This document shows, in pieces, positions 26,994 through 34,996 of a stretch of DNA of 40,209 nt. This DNA is from a virus: IMG/VR virus record IMGVR_UViG_3300020410_000413; one strand, written 5' to 3'. The position numbers were made by a program, and so were the translations under genes. The stretch's first letter is position 1; each line of letters opens with the position of its first letter. Below the pieces are notes generated by a model. That model ran no database searches and had not been told where the DNA came from. It saw only the letters and a list, made by a program, of their open reading frames with translations.

Positions 26994-28049
26994 TTGGCTG
27001 TTTACAGATATCCATATAGATTACCCGCTACAAGATCACAATCTGGTGGTAAGGCAGCTGATATGCCTACAGATGCTACTGATTATTTGATGATAAGACG
27101 TGAGAGATATAAGTACGATGACCAATCAGTCCCTGCTTTCTATGACAGGCGTACACCAGGTAATCAACAAACTATAATTGCACACCCTGACAGGTGTTAC
27201 ATTGCTATACCTCCACAAATTACTACACAATATGCACCTGCATATAGGAGAGCAGACGTTGGTGTGTCTGGTGTTGCAGCAATGGGACTACTAGGTGATG
27301 GTAAAGACTTTACTGCAATGGCAGGAACATTACAAGACGCTGCAGCTGCTGCACTACCTGAGTTCTCTACTGGTGCTATCCTTTCTATGATCAATGGATT
27401 CAACCAGTTCATAGGTTTACAAGGTCAGTTAGATATTAATACTATACAATCACTACAGAGTGGTAAGATATTCAACCCATATAGTGAACAGATATTCCAA
27501 GGTATGAGTTTTAGAACTCATAACTTTGCTTTTAAATTCTTAGCACGAAATGCTAGAGAGTCACAAGAAATTAAAAGTATCATAGATTATATTAAGATAG
27601 GTTCTGTCCCTAAGATAGCAGCAGGTGATTACAATAAGAAATTTATCAACAAGAACAAAAAGTTCTCAGCGTATGGTAAGGATAAAGAAAGAGATAAAAT
27701 GACCTTCGATCAGGACTGGTTTAAAACAGATGCTTTCAGTGGTGATTCTGGATACGCATATCAAAATAGATTCTTCGAGGTTCCAGATAGATATCAGTTA
27801 AGGTTTGTTCGTTTCGGAACTAACGTTAGTGATCTTGGTAAACTTGAACCTTCACAACGAAGAGATCTAATGTTTAAAATTTATCCTTCTGTTTGTACAG
27901 GTATCAATGTAAACTATACACCAGACAATCAATACGTAGCACTTAAAAATCCAACAGAAGAAACTACTGATGTCCCTGCGATAGTTATGACTATAACATT
28001 CACAGAGACTAGGTTACTCACACAGCAAGACGTTGCAGCAGGTTACTAA
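26994..28049 (+). CDS. gp48: Baseplate tail-tube cap gp48
   Basis: IFNPYSEQIFQGMSFRTHNFAFKF.ARN..ES..I..II and PSVCTGINVNYTPD...MTITFTET; TTG start. Confidence 0.85.
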   Translation: MAVYRYPYRLPATRSQSGGKAADMPTDATDYLMIRRERYKYDDQSVPAFYDRRTPGNQQTIIAHPDRCYIAIPPQITTQYAPAYRRADVGVSGVAAMGLLGDGKDFTAMAGTLQDAAAAALPEFSTGAILSMINGFNQFIGLQGQLDINTIQSLQSGKIFNPYSEQIFQGMSFRTHNFAFKFLARNARESQEIKSIIDYIKIGSVPKIAAGDYNKKFINKNKKFSAYGKDKERDKMTFDQDWFKTDAFSGDSGYAYQNRFFEVPDRYQLRFVRFGTNVSDLGKLEPSQRRDLMFKIYPSVCTGINVNYTPDNQYVALKNPTEETTDVPAIVMTITFTETRLLTQQDVAAGY

Positions 28050-29035
28050 TGGCATTCTTTTCTTATCTCCCAAATGTATATGTAGGTGAAGGCATCAAAG
28101 ATGATGAGGACTTCAAGTATCGCCTTGTCAAAAATATATTCCGAAGAGCAAAGACTAGAGCAGACTTAGATCAGTATGTAACTTTACTCGAAGCATATGA
28201 GGTAGGAGAAGATGAGTCTCCTGCTAATGTAGCACTAGCATTTTTTAATGATCCATTCTTAGACTGGATGATCTTAATGGTTAATAATATTACTGATGTA
28301 TATGAACAGTGGCCAAAGAACATCAATGATCTACAAGAATATACAAGAAGAAAGTATAATAATCCAGATGCTATACATCATTACGAGACAGTCAGAGCAG
28401 AATTTAATGGAGAGACATTCTTAGAGCAAGGTATACAAGTTAATGACACATGGAGAACTGTATTACCAGACGGTACTACACTAGGAGAAACTCAATCAAT
28501 CTATCCAGTGACAAACTATGAGTATGAAGACTATCTAAATGAACAGAAACGTATCATAAAATTACCTACACCACCTGTAATAGAACTAATACTAGCAGAG
28601 TTTGAAGATGTAATTGCTTATGAACCTCACTCAGAACTAGATCAGAAAGGTAATAAGAAGAGTTCATTAAATATGTCATCTCGTTTCCTTAATACTGCAG
28701 GTATTTCTGCTGCTAGTAAGTCTAGAGATGAGGGTATAGGTTATGTTACATCATATGATAACGGACCTGGTAGTGCCACAGTCCAGGTAGGAGCCGCACA
28801 GACTACAACAGAAACTACTGCTCCAGTAACATCAGTAACACCAGACGCTGGTACAAGTAATACTACAGTAGCAGGAACCGCTACTGCTGCAGAGTCATCA
28901 ACAACTTCAACTACAACTTCTTCTAGTTCAACTTCTAGTTCTTCTAGTTCAAGTAGTTCTAGTTCAAGTAGTAGCAGTAGTAGTTCTGGATCCTCATCTT
29001 CTGGATCATCAGGAGGATACGGAGGAGGATACTAA
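28049..29035 (+). CDS. gp53: Baseplate wedge protein gp53 with a Ser/Thr-rich tail
   Basis: FFSYLPNV...KNIFRR...E.P..VA..F...FLDWMILMVNNI.D.YEQWP...IHHYET; low-complexity C-terminus. Confidence 0.85.
   Translation: MAFFSYLPNVYVGEGIKDDEDFKYRLVKNIFRRAKTRADLDQYVTLLEAYEVGEDESPANVALAFFNDPFLDWMILMVNNITDVYEQWPKNINDLQEYTRRKYNNPDAIHHYETVRAEFNGETFLEQGIQVNDTWRTVLPDGTTLGETQSIYPVTNYEYEDYLNEQKRIIKLPTPPVIELILAEFEDVIAYEPHSELDQKGNKKSSLNMSSRFLNTAGISAASKSRDEGIGYVTSYDNGPGSATVQVGAAQTTTETTAPVTSVTPDAGTSNTTVAGTATAAESSTTSTTTSSSSTSSSSSSSSSSSSSSSSSSGSSSSGSSGGYGGGY
28900..29032 (+). repeat. Low-complexity poly-Ser coding tract
   Basis: Repeated TCTAGTTC/AGT units encode a long Ser run followed by GGYGGGY. Confidence 0.85.
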
Positions 29036-29075
29036 AAAACCCTACACGCGAAAAATTCTGGCGAATTTTTTTTCG
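29033..29075. repeat. Intergenic 43-bp element, copy 2
   Basis: TAAAAAACCCTACACGCGAAAAATTCTGGCGAATTTTTTTTCG; begins at the gp53 stop codon, between convergent genes. Confidence 0.9.
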
Positions 29076-29105
29076 GGTATAGGGGAATTAAAAGATGGAT
29101 TTCAT

Positions 29106-29405
29106 TTAGTCACGTTGTCTCCAGTCATCTGATCTGTCATTCTTAAACCAGTCTGCTATATCATCTGCACCATTAAAACCTTTCTTATGCTTTTTTGGAT
29201 CTGAATCTCCGATGTCTAAAAATTTAAGACAAGATCCATCTTCATCTGTTGATAATCTTCTTGCTTGACTCAGCATACCTCTTGCTGATGTATTTACTTT
29301 CGCTAATTTCTGTGCCCATATCATATCTTCTATACTTACTTCGGTTCCTGATGCAATGTCTTTGCAAATGCCTTCCAAACGAAGACGATATTGGGTAGAT
29401 AACAT
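29106..29405 (-). CDS. Conserved hypothetical cyanophage protein
   Basis: 99-aa ORF, MLSTQYRLRLEGIC...W..KLAK.NTSAR.ML..AR. Confidence 0.65.
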   Translation of the reverse strand: MLSTQYRLRLEGICKDIASGTEVSIEDMIWAQKLAKVNTSARGMLSQARRLSTDEDGSCLKFLDIGDSDPKKHKKGFNGADDIADWFKNDRSDDWRQRD

Positions 29406-29436
29406 AAACTAATACATGTGATTAATATAATTTATA

Positions 29437-29724
29437 CTACCTTCCATCCCAGATCATATCAGGCATTGCAGACTGTCCTGGTTTCACGAAAAAGATTAAG
29501 ATAAAATAAGCACCGAACCATATTAGATTGAAAGTCCATGCTTGTCTGTAAAGATATTTCCTTACACGCATTGCAATATCAACCTTAGAAACTGCTACAG
29601 GATCGTATGCATTTCCTACTTGTCTTAATATCTGTTCAATAATCACAGCAATAATTGTACCTATCACTAGAGGATAGAATGCAAAGTTTGCAAATGACAT
29701 TACATAGATTAGTAAATTAATCAT
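29437..29724 (-). CDS. Small membrane protein
   Basis: Two hydrophobic segments; overlaps the upstream ORF by 8 nt. Confidence 0.6.
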   Translation of the reverse strand: MINLLIYVMSFANFAFYPLVIGTIIAVIIEQILRQVGNAYDPVAVSKVDIAMRVRKYLYRQAWTFNLIWFGAYFILIFFVKPGQSAMPDMIWDGR

Positions 29725-29953
29725 CGTGATCGTCCCAAGGGTCTGCTAGTCCTTTGTTACCAAAGAACCCTTTGTATATACCAAACGCTGCTAACAGTAT
29801 AGTAATAACTGCTATTGAAATCCCGAATGTCATATTGGGATCAGCATTATAGTGTGGAATAATTGCGTTACATTTAGTCCAAGTACCTGGTAGTGTATAA
29901 ACAGGAGGACAAGAGAGTAACAAGTCTCTGATAGCTAACATTTCTGTTCCCAT
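29717..29953 (-). CDS. psbN: PsbN-like photosystem biogenesis protein with an N-terminal extension
   Basis: A single TM helix followed by GIYKGFFGNKGLADPWDDHDD, matching the PsbN C-terminus (G.Y..FG....L.DP(F/W).(D/E)H(E/D)D). Confidence 0.75.
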   Translation of the reverse strand: MGTEMLAIRDLLLSCPPVYTLPGTWTKCNAIIPHYNADPNMTFGISIAVITILLAAFGIYKGFFGNKGLADPWDDHDD

Positions 29954-30303
29954 TATCTTAGTGGTGTTAAACGTGCGGGTATGTCACCGTCGTCATCATC
30001 ATCTTCATCTTCTAACTCAGCGATTCTATTTTCTAACGCTTTGTTTAGCATCCGATCTTCTAACGCACGGTCTGGTGTAAATTGTAGGTCAACTGTTCCC
30101 TCTGCGTCAACCTCTGGTTTGAATTTCACAACAAGTAATTCATCACCAGTCTTTACTTCAGTCATCTCTGGGTGTCTTCTCTTTACTTCAACAGGATTGT
30201 TTAACATAGCATTAATGCTAGTCAAATTTCTATACATCAAGTTCAATGCCATGATGAACAAGACTGCTATTGATAATAAAAATAAGATGGGAACAAGTGC
30301 CAT
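29953..30303 (-). CDS. DUF2973-like membrane protein
   Basis: N-terminal TM helix, then RHPEM...ELLVVKF and an acidic tail. Confidence 0.6.
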   Translation of the reverse strand: MALVPILFLLSIAVLFIMALNLMYRNLTSINAMLNNPVEVKRRHPEMTEVKTGDELLVVKFKPEVDAEGTVDLQFTPDRALEDRMLNKALENRIAELEDEDDDDDGDIPARLTPLR

Positions 30304-30377
30304 TAGTGATGCGGATTATAGTAATTTAACATTAACAATAAGATCATAATGATAACAAGTATTGCAAGGATAGTCAT
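30303..30377 (-). CDS. 24-aa membrane peptide; not in the ORF track
   Basis: MTILAILVIIMILLLMLNYYNPHH*; fills the gap and is TAATG-coupled to the next gene. Confidence 0.6.
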   Translation of the reverse strand: MTILAILVIIMILLLMLNYYNPHH

Positions 30378-30389
30378 AACAAATTGTAA

Positions 30390-30935
30390 TTATTTAACTC
30401 TAAAGACCACAGTATATCTATATCCATACTCTTGAGTTGGAGCATGTCCTCTGTGCTTTAGGTGGGATGGGAATACTATTACTCTACCAGGTTTATACTG
30501 ATAGATTCTAGTACCCTCTGCAAATGGATCTTGGATTTCAAATTCTCCACCCCAATCTTGTTTCCAAGTAGGGTTTAACATAACCATAATAGTTTTTTGA
30601 TCAGAGTCTCCATCAGTATGGAAAGTCCCTTCACAAAATTGATGCTGACAATTAAGAGAAATGTAGTCTAGATAATATTCTTTCTTCGTTCTTGATTGAA
30701 TTGCTTCAAACATGTCGAAGAAGTCTTGAGCATAAGGACTCAAGACTGTAGTTCTATTCAAGTTTTCTCTTTGAAATATTTGACTTCCAAATAACCTATG
30801 GGTTGATGTATCACCGTAAGGAAAACCCTCTCGATTTGCAGTGTTACCTGCGGTCAGAGGGATTTTGTTAGTCACAATGGGAAAGAAATTATGTAAATAT
30901 CTTTCATCAAAGAGATCATCAATAACGTCAATCAT
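30390..30935 (-). CDS. 2OG-Fe(II) oxygenase
   Basis: Motifs FHTDG, W..DWGGEF, PGRVIVFPSHLKHRG and RYTVVF. Confidence 0.82.
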   Translation of the reverse strand: MIDVIDDLFDERYLHNFFPIVTNKIPLTAGNTANREGFPYGDTSTHRLFGSQIFQRENLNRTTVLSPYAQDFFDMFEAIQSRTKKEYYLDYISLNCQHQFCEGTFHTDGDSDQKTIMVMLNPTWKQDWGGEFEIQDPFAEGTRIYQYKPGRVIVFPSHLKHRGHAPTQEYGYRYTVVFRVK

Positions 30936-31288
30936 CTGTTGAATAATGTTTTAACTGGAACTTCTAGTTTATCAAGGAGATCTCTTTCAACCTCATTAAT
31001 AACCTTATCCAAGATGTCGATATCAATCTCCATGAATGGAGGAATGATACCTAATAATCTTAGCAAACCATCTACGAATAGTGCGAGTGCTGTAAACCCT
31101 AGAATCATAGAGATAATTGTAGCATCTCTGTTATGCTTACGCATAGATTCTTCGTCAATTCTTTGTGCTTCAGCAACAGCATCTGCTACTGCTTTCTGTA
31201 CAAGTTTGTCTACTTCTTTCTTAGTATAGAATGAACCAAACGCAGGTATATCTATTCTACCTACGTCTGAGAAAGGGAAGCGTGACAT
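30932..31288 (-). CDS. Hypothetical membrane protein
   Basis: One hydrophobic segment; a GGAGG SD favours the start at 31288 (MSRFPF). Confidence 0.6.
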   Translation of the reverse strand: MSRFPFSDVGRIDIPAFGSFYTKKEVDKLVQKAVADAVAEAQRIDEESMRKHNRDATIISMILGFTALALFVDGLLRLLGIIPPFMEIDIDILDKVINEVERDLLDKLEVPVKTLFNR

Positions 31289-31289
31289 A

Positions 31290-31691
31290 TTAGCCTCCGT
31301 CAAGAGAGCATCCTATCACACTACCACCAATGATACCTGCAGGGATTGCCCACCACCTGCCTTTACCTTGTGATCCATAACCTGCAAGTCCACCACCTAA
31401 GAGTGCACCGATTGCTGCTCCATCTGAACAGTCATTCTCATCTACCTCATTGTATACTGTAACGTGTCTACGATACACAGGTGCGTTTGCTACAGGGTTC
31501 TCCTGACATGGAACTTCTACTGTCTCGTTCCATGATTTAACGAAACCAGGACTGTCGATAGTACCTGGTACATATTCTTCTCTGTATTCTGTTTTAAAAC
31601 AAGTTCTTGATGTCGAGTATCCTGCTTGATAATCATCTGCAAGGACAGCAAGTGGGTTAAGTAGTAAAACAGCAGCGAGTGCAAGTTTCAT
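31290..31691 (-). CDS. Secreted glycine-zipper 2TM protein
   Basis: Signal peptide MKLALAAVLLLNPLAVLA, then GAAIGALLGGGLAG...AIPAGIIGGSVIG; AAGGAG SD. Confidence 0.65.
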   Translation of the reverse strand: MKLALAAVLLLNPLAVLADDYQAGYSTSRTCFKTEYREEYVPGTIDSPGFVKSWNETVEVPCQENPVANAPVYRRHVTVYNEVDENDCSDGAAIGALLGGGLAGYGSQGKGRWWAIPAGIIGGSVIGCSLDGG

Positions 31692-31714
31692 TAGTCTCCT
31701 TTAAGTATGTCTTT

Positions 31715-31742
31715 ATTATAGCAGAAAGGGGAGTGATGTAAA
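31715..31742 (-). promoter_or_regulatory. sigma70-type promoter overlapping the gp32 terminator
   Basis: TTTACA-16 nt-TATAAT, with ACTGGCACA 7 nt upstream of the -35. Confidence 0.5.
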
Positions 31743-31750
31743 CTCCCCTT
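31726..31750 (-). terminator. Rho-independent terminator after gp32
   Basis: 9-bp stem AAGGGGAGT/ACTCCCCTT with a 7-nt loop. Confidence 0.7.
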
Positions 31751-31764
31751 GTGCCAGTTTATAA

Positions 31765-32685
31765 TTAGTCCTCTTCCGCTAAGGATTGAAAGTAGGATAA
31801 CGTATCTGTTTCTTCAGCAGCAGGTGCAGCGACTGCACTCTTCTGTCTGAACTCAGTTACTTCAGCACCCCAATCTCTTGGTGTACCTCTACCTTCTGTC
31901 TCGTCCTCAAGAGACTCATCAAGCGAAGGTGCGACCCTTGCCTGTGACTTAAGGACTAGATCTAAACGTGCTTTAAGTGCATCGTATGACTTAAAGTTTT
32001 TAGAATCTTCAAACTCAGCAAGAGAGTAACCTTTCTTCCAGATTTCTTCTAGTTGCTCATCATCAAATCCACCTAGCGTTGCAGGTGCAGCGAACTCTGA
32101 CTTGTCATAGTTCCAATAACCATCTACCTTTCTGATCTTAAGTTTAAAGTCAGCACCCTTCCAGAAATTGAATGGGTCGATAGGTGTTTCATCTGCAAAT
32201 GCAGGTTGCATTGCTTCGACTAATTTATCAAAGATCTTCTTACCATACTTATATAAGAAAACCTTTCCTTCGTTCTCTGGGTGTGCAGGGTCTGACACAA
32301 CATAGATGTTAGAGTAGTAAGAGAGTTTTCTCTTCTGTGCTCTAGCGATTGCTTTGTCTGACTCTTTTCCACTGTTCCAGAGTTCACGATTAAGTTCTCC
32401 AACAGGATCATCTTTACCGAGAGTAGTTAAACTGTTCTCGATATACCATTGACCTTGAGGTCCCTTAAACGCATGACTCCATATCTTTGCCCAAGGCATG
32501 TCCTCTCCATCGGGAGCAGGAAGGAATCTTATGACTGCGAAACCATTACCAGACTTATCTAGTTCGGGTTTCCATAGTCTCTCATCCGCACCTGTTTGTG
32601 TAGGTTGGTTGAGTTTTTCTATCTCTTGTGTTAGTCTCGCAAGTGAATTGCCAGAACTAGCCTTCTTTAAAGAAGCAAAAGACAT
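31765..32685 (-). CDS. gp32: Single-stranded DNA-binding protein gp32
   Basis: DERLWKPELDKSGNGFAVIRFLP, WYIENSLTTLG..DPV, RKLSYYSNI, DFKLKI and an acidic C-terminus. Confidence 0.97.
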   Translation of the reverse strand: MSFASLKKASSGNSLARLTQEIEKLNQPTQTGADERLWKPELDKSGNGFAVIRFLPAPDGEDMPWAKIWSHAFKGPQGQWYIENSLTTLGKDDPVGELNRELWNSGKESDKAIARAQKRKLSYYSNIYVVSDPAHPENEGKVFLYKYGKKIFDKLVEAMQPAFADETPIDPFNFWKGADFKLKIRKVDGYWNYDKSEFAAPATLGGFDDEQLEEIWKKGYSLAEFEDSKNFKSYDALKARLDLVLKSQARVAPSLDESLEDETEGRGTPRDWGAEVTEFRQKSAVAAPAAEETDTLSYFQSLAEED

Positions 32686-32726
32686 AATCGTATTCTCCGT
32701 ATTGAATGTATTGATACTACTGTATG

Positions 32727-32755
32727 ATCGTAGCGTACTATTTAGGGCTTGTCAA
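32727..32755 (-). promoter_or_regulatory. Dual early/late promoter for gp32
   Basis: TTGACA-17 nt-TACGAT with CTAAATA inside the spacer. Confidence 0.65.
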
Positions 32756-33077
32756 GTTCTTTTTCTTTAGCATCTGCTAACGTCTTGACCATGTTGTCCA
32801 TGCAATCTGCTAGATCTTTAAATCCAAATGCTTCACACATTGCATTGACTCTAGTCTTCATGTCTGCTGCCTCATTATCTGTCTGTGCAGACAAACATAA
32901 CCTAGTATAAAATAATTTTTGTTTTTCTATCAGATCTTCACAGTCTTCTATATGTTCTATCTTTTCTGACTTAGACATCAGTCCTAGTCTACCTGTATGG
33001 ATAGCAACCTCTTGATATGTGTTAAAGATGTCCTGTAATTGTTGTTGTACCTGATCTGATTTAAAAAACTGACTCAT
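32742..33077 (-). CDS. DUF1825-like protein
   Basis: FF.SD.VQ..L..I...YQ...K.EHI...LIEKQKLFY.RL.LS pattern; found next to gp32 in cyanomyoviruses. Confidence 0.6.
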   Translation of the reverse strand: MSQFFKSDQVQQQLQDIFNTYQEVAIHTGRLGLMSKSEKIEHIEDCEDLIEKQKLFYTRLCLSAQTDNEAADMKTRVNAMCEAFGFKDLADCMDNMVKTLADAKEKELDKP

Positions 33078-33325
33078 AAAGGTAACACTCCTTTGCTAGT
33101 TGGTTTCATATAATTTAAACGTTGTGCTTCATGCTTCAAACGTTCTTTAAGAGGTTTGGATAATAGTTTTGGAACAGTTTCTAGTTCGATTTCTTTCTCT
33201 TGACAATAGGCAACTACTGCTTCGATGTATGTGATCAAACCATTACTATTCTTTACTAGTCTCTCAATCTCTTGAGAGAACTTAACAGGGGTTAGAAAGG
33301 TATCCTCTAATGCTTCTTTAGGCAT
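33074..33325 (-). CDS. gp33: Late transcription coactivator gp33
   Basis: FLTPVKFSQEIE.LV...ITYIEAVV.YC....IE.E.V.KL.SKPLKE.LK.EA..LNY. The true start is ATG 33325; the longer ORF-track start lies inside the exonuclease gene. Confidence 0.85.
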   Translation of the reverse strand: MPKEALEDTFLTPVKFSQEIERLVKNSNGLITYIEAVVAYCQEKEIELETVPKLLSKPLKERLKHEAQRLNYMKPTSKGVLPL

Positions 33326-34001
33326 TGGTTTTTCCCCTAACAAAGTCCTCAATGTATGATTTGAGTAGTTGTAAATAGTCATCAAGATTGTACTTCTGAA
33401 ATACTTGAGTAGATCCTTCTTCTGTTGCGATGAGTGTGACAATTTTCTTTACCTCAATACCTGCACGTTCTAAGAACATCGCTGCGTATGCAGTCTCTTG
33501 AACAAAGTAATGTTCAATATGATCTTCTTGTTTTGATTTAGTTGAAGTCTTAAAATCTATCACTGCTAACTCACCGTCGAACTCAGCGATACAATCGACA
33601 CGACCTGCGAGTCCAAGATAATGACTGTAAAGGAAGGTTTCTAAACAATGTATGTTGTCGATTCGATTGAGTTCTGATTTAGCGGACTGAAACATTCTAA
33701 CAGATAATGGATTATTTTCCAAGTATTTGTCAAGATTTAATTCACCATTGATATAATCTTCGGTGATGCTATGGAACGCAGTCCCTCGTTGAGTAGTCCT
33801 TGCAGTGATTCGATTCGCCTCGTCTTCACCTATTCTATTTCTCCACTCTTTAAAAAATTGAGCGTTCTTATACGACGTGATTGAGGTTACACTTGGATAA
33901 TATTTATCAGCATCAGGAATTTTATAAAACCTAACACCATCTTTGTTAACAGGATCGCAGTCCTGTAAGTCAAGGGGTACATCAACGAAATTAAAATTCA
34001 T
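33318..34001 (-). CDS. PD-(D/E)XK exonuclease (Cas4-like / exonuclease A-type)
   Basis: Motifs YPSVTSI, RGTAFH, AGRVDC, VIDFKTS and YFVQ..AYA. Confidence 0.85.
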   Translation of the reverse strand: MNFNFVDVPLDLQDCDPVNKDGVRFYKIPDADKYYPSVTSITSYKNAQFFKEWRNRIGEDEANRITARTTQRGTAFHSITEDYINGELNLDKYLENNPLSVRMFQSAKSELNRIDNIHCLETFLYSHYLGLAGRVDCIAEFDGELAVIDFKTSTKSKQEDHIEHYFVQETAYAAMFLERAGIEVKKIVTLIATEEGSTQVFQKYNLDDYLQLLKSYIEDFVRGKTNA

Positions 34002-34766
34002 TTAAAATCCTAAATTATATTTTGCTATTAGATAAGATCTAACTAATCCAGAGCGAACAATGTCATCTATACCAAACTCAACACAGGTAAAGTCTTTGTC
34101 CATTGCCTGTAAGATTTTAATAAAGTCTGAGATGCCAGAGGTTTCTCTCTCTCGTGTGAGATCAGTTTGTGCAACGTCACCGCAGAACATAATCTTAGAG
34201 TCCTCACCTATACGAGTGATCATAGAGTCAAGTTCATGGAAGTTTAAGTTACTGAACTCGTCTACTATTACGATAGTATTATCAAGAGTAACACCTCTGA
34301 TAAAACTTGTAGACCAGAAATCTATAGTGTCCTGTGCCCTAAGATTATCGTAGAGCATTTCAAATGAATTGTCATCAGGCATACTAAACATATACCTTAC
34401 CATATTTTTGTATGGTATTTGATAGAGATAGGATTTATCCTCATGGTCACCAGGTAGGAAACCAATTTCTCTAGTAGGAACCAATGATCTTACGATTACT
34501 ATTTTATCATAGGGTGAGGTGTCGTCAAGGACTTCCTGCAAGGCAAGATATAATGTAATAAAAGTCTTACCAGTTCCTGCAGCCCCATGCAGTAAGATAT
34601 TCTTTCCCTCACTGTAAGACTTGAACACAGCTTTCTGATTATCTGTCAGAGGTTTGATGTCTGACATATAAGTTTTGTCTATAGGTTTCTTGCGTTTCAT
34701 TTGTTTCGCAGTCATTCCATTAGGAAAAGTCTTAGGTGCGTTAGTTCCTTTTCTTGCTTTAGGCAT
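34002..34766 (-). CDS. phoH: PhoH-family ATPase
   Basis: LHGAAGTGKT Walker A, RS.V...IGFLPG, RGVTL, IVDE and DIVRSGLV. Confidence 0.95.
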   Translation of the reverse strand: MPKARKGTNAPKTFPNGMTAKQMKRKKPIDKTYMSDIKPLTDNQKAVFKSYSEGKNILLHGAAGTGKTFITLYLALQEVLDDTSPYDKIVIVRSLVPTREIGFLPGDHEDKSYLYQIPYKNMVRYMFSMPDDNSFEMLYDNLRAQDTIDFWSTSFIRGVTLDNTIVIVDEFSNLNFHELDSMITRIGEDSKIMFCGDVAQTDLTRERETSGISDFIKILQAMDKDFTCVEFGIDDIVRSGLVRSYLIAKYNLGF

Positions 34767-34996
34767 TAGGTATAACGAGATAGATTTGCTAGGGGATGTG
34801 CTGATTGTACTTTAGACATGACTTCTTTGAATCCGTCACTCATTTTAGGAGTACCATACATTTCTGATGCACAACCCGCATTCCAATCCTTATCCCAGTC
34901 TGGATTGTCCTTTCGCCATTGTTCATAATTTGCGATAGTCAAGTTGAGTTCTTTCTTTTCACCTGTTTTATTATTTATTACAGGGTAGATGGGCAT
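34766..34996 (-). CDS. Conserved small protein (FmdB-like N-terminus, Cys-free)
   Basis: MPIYPVINNKTGEKKE...YEQWRKDNPDW...GF.EV.SKV; precedes phoH. Confidence 0.6.
   Translation of the reverse strand: MPIYPVINNKTGEKKELNLTIANYEQWRKDNPDWDKDWNAGCASEMYGTPKMSDGFKEVMSKVQSAHPLANLSRYT

Noticed and set aside
33326-33442. N-terminal extension of gp33 in the ORF track
   Set aside because: It lies inside the exonuclease gene; homology and a purine-rich SD point to ATG 33325.
33318-34001. Cas4-like nuclease as evidence of a CRISPR system
   Set aside because: No repeat-spacer array or other cas genes are present; this is the usual cyanomyovirus PD-(D/E)XK exonuclease between phoH and gp33.
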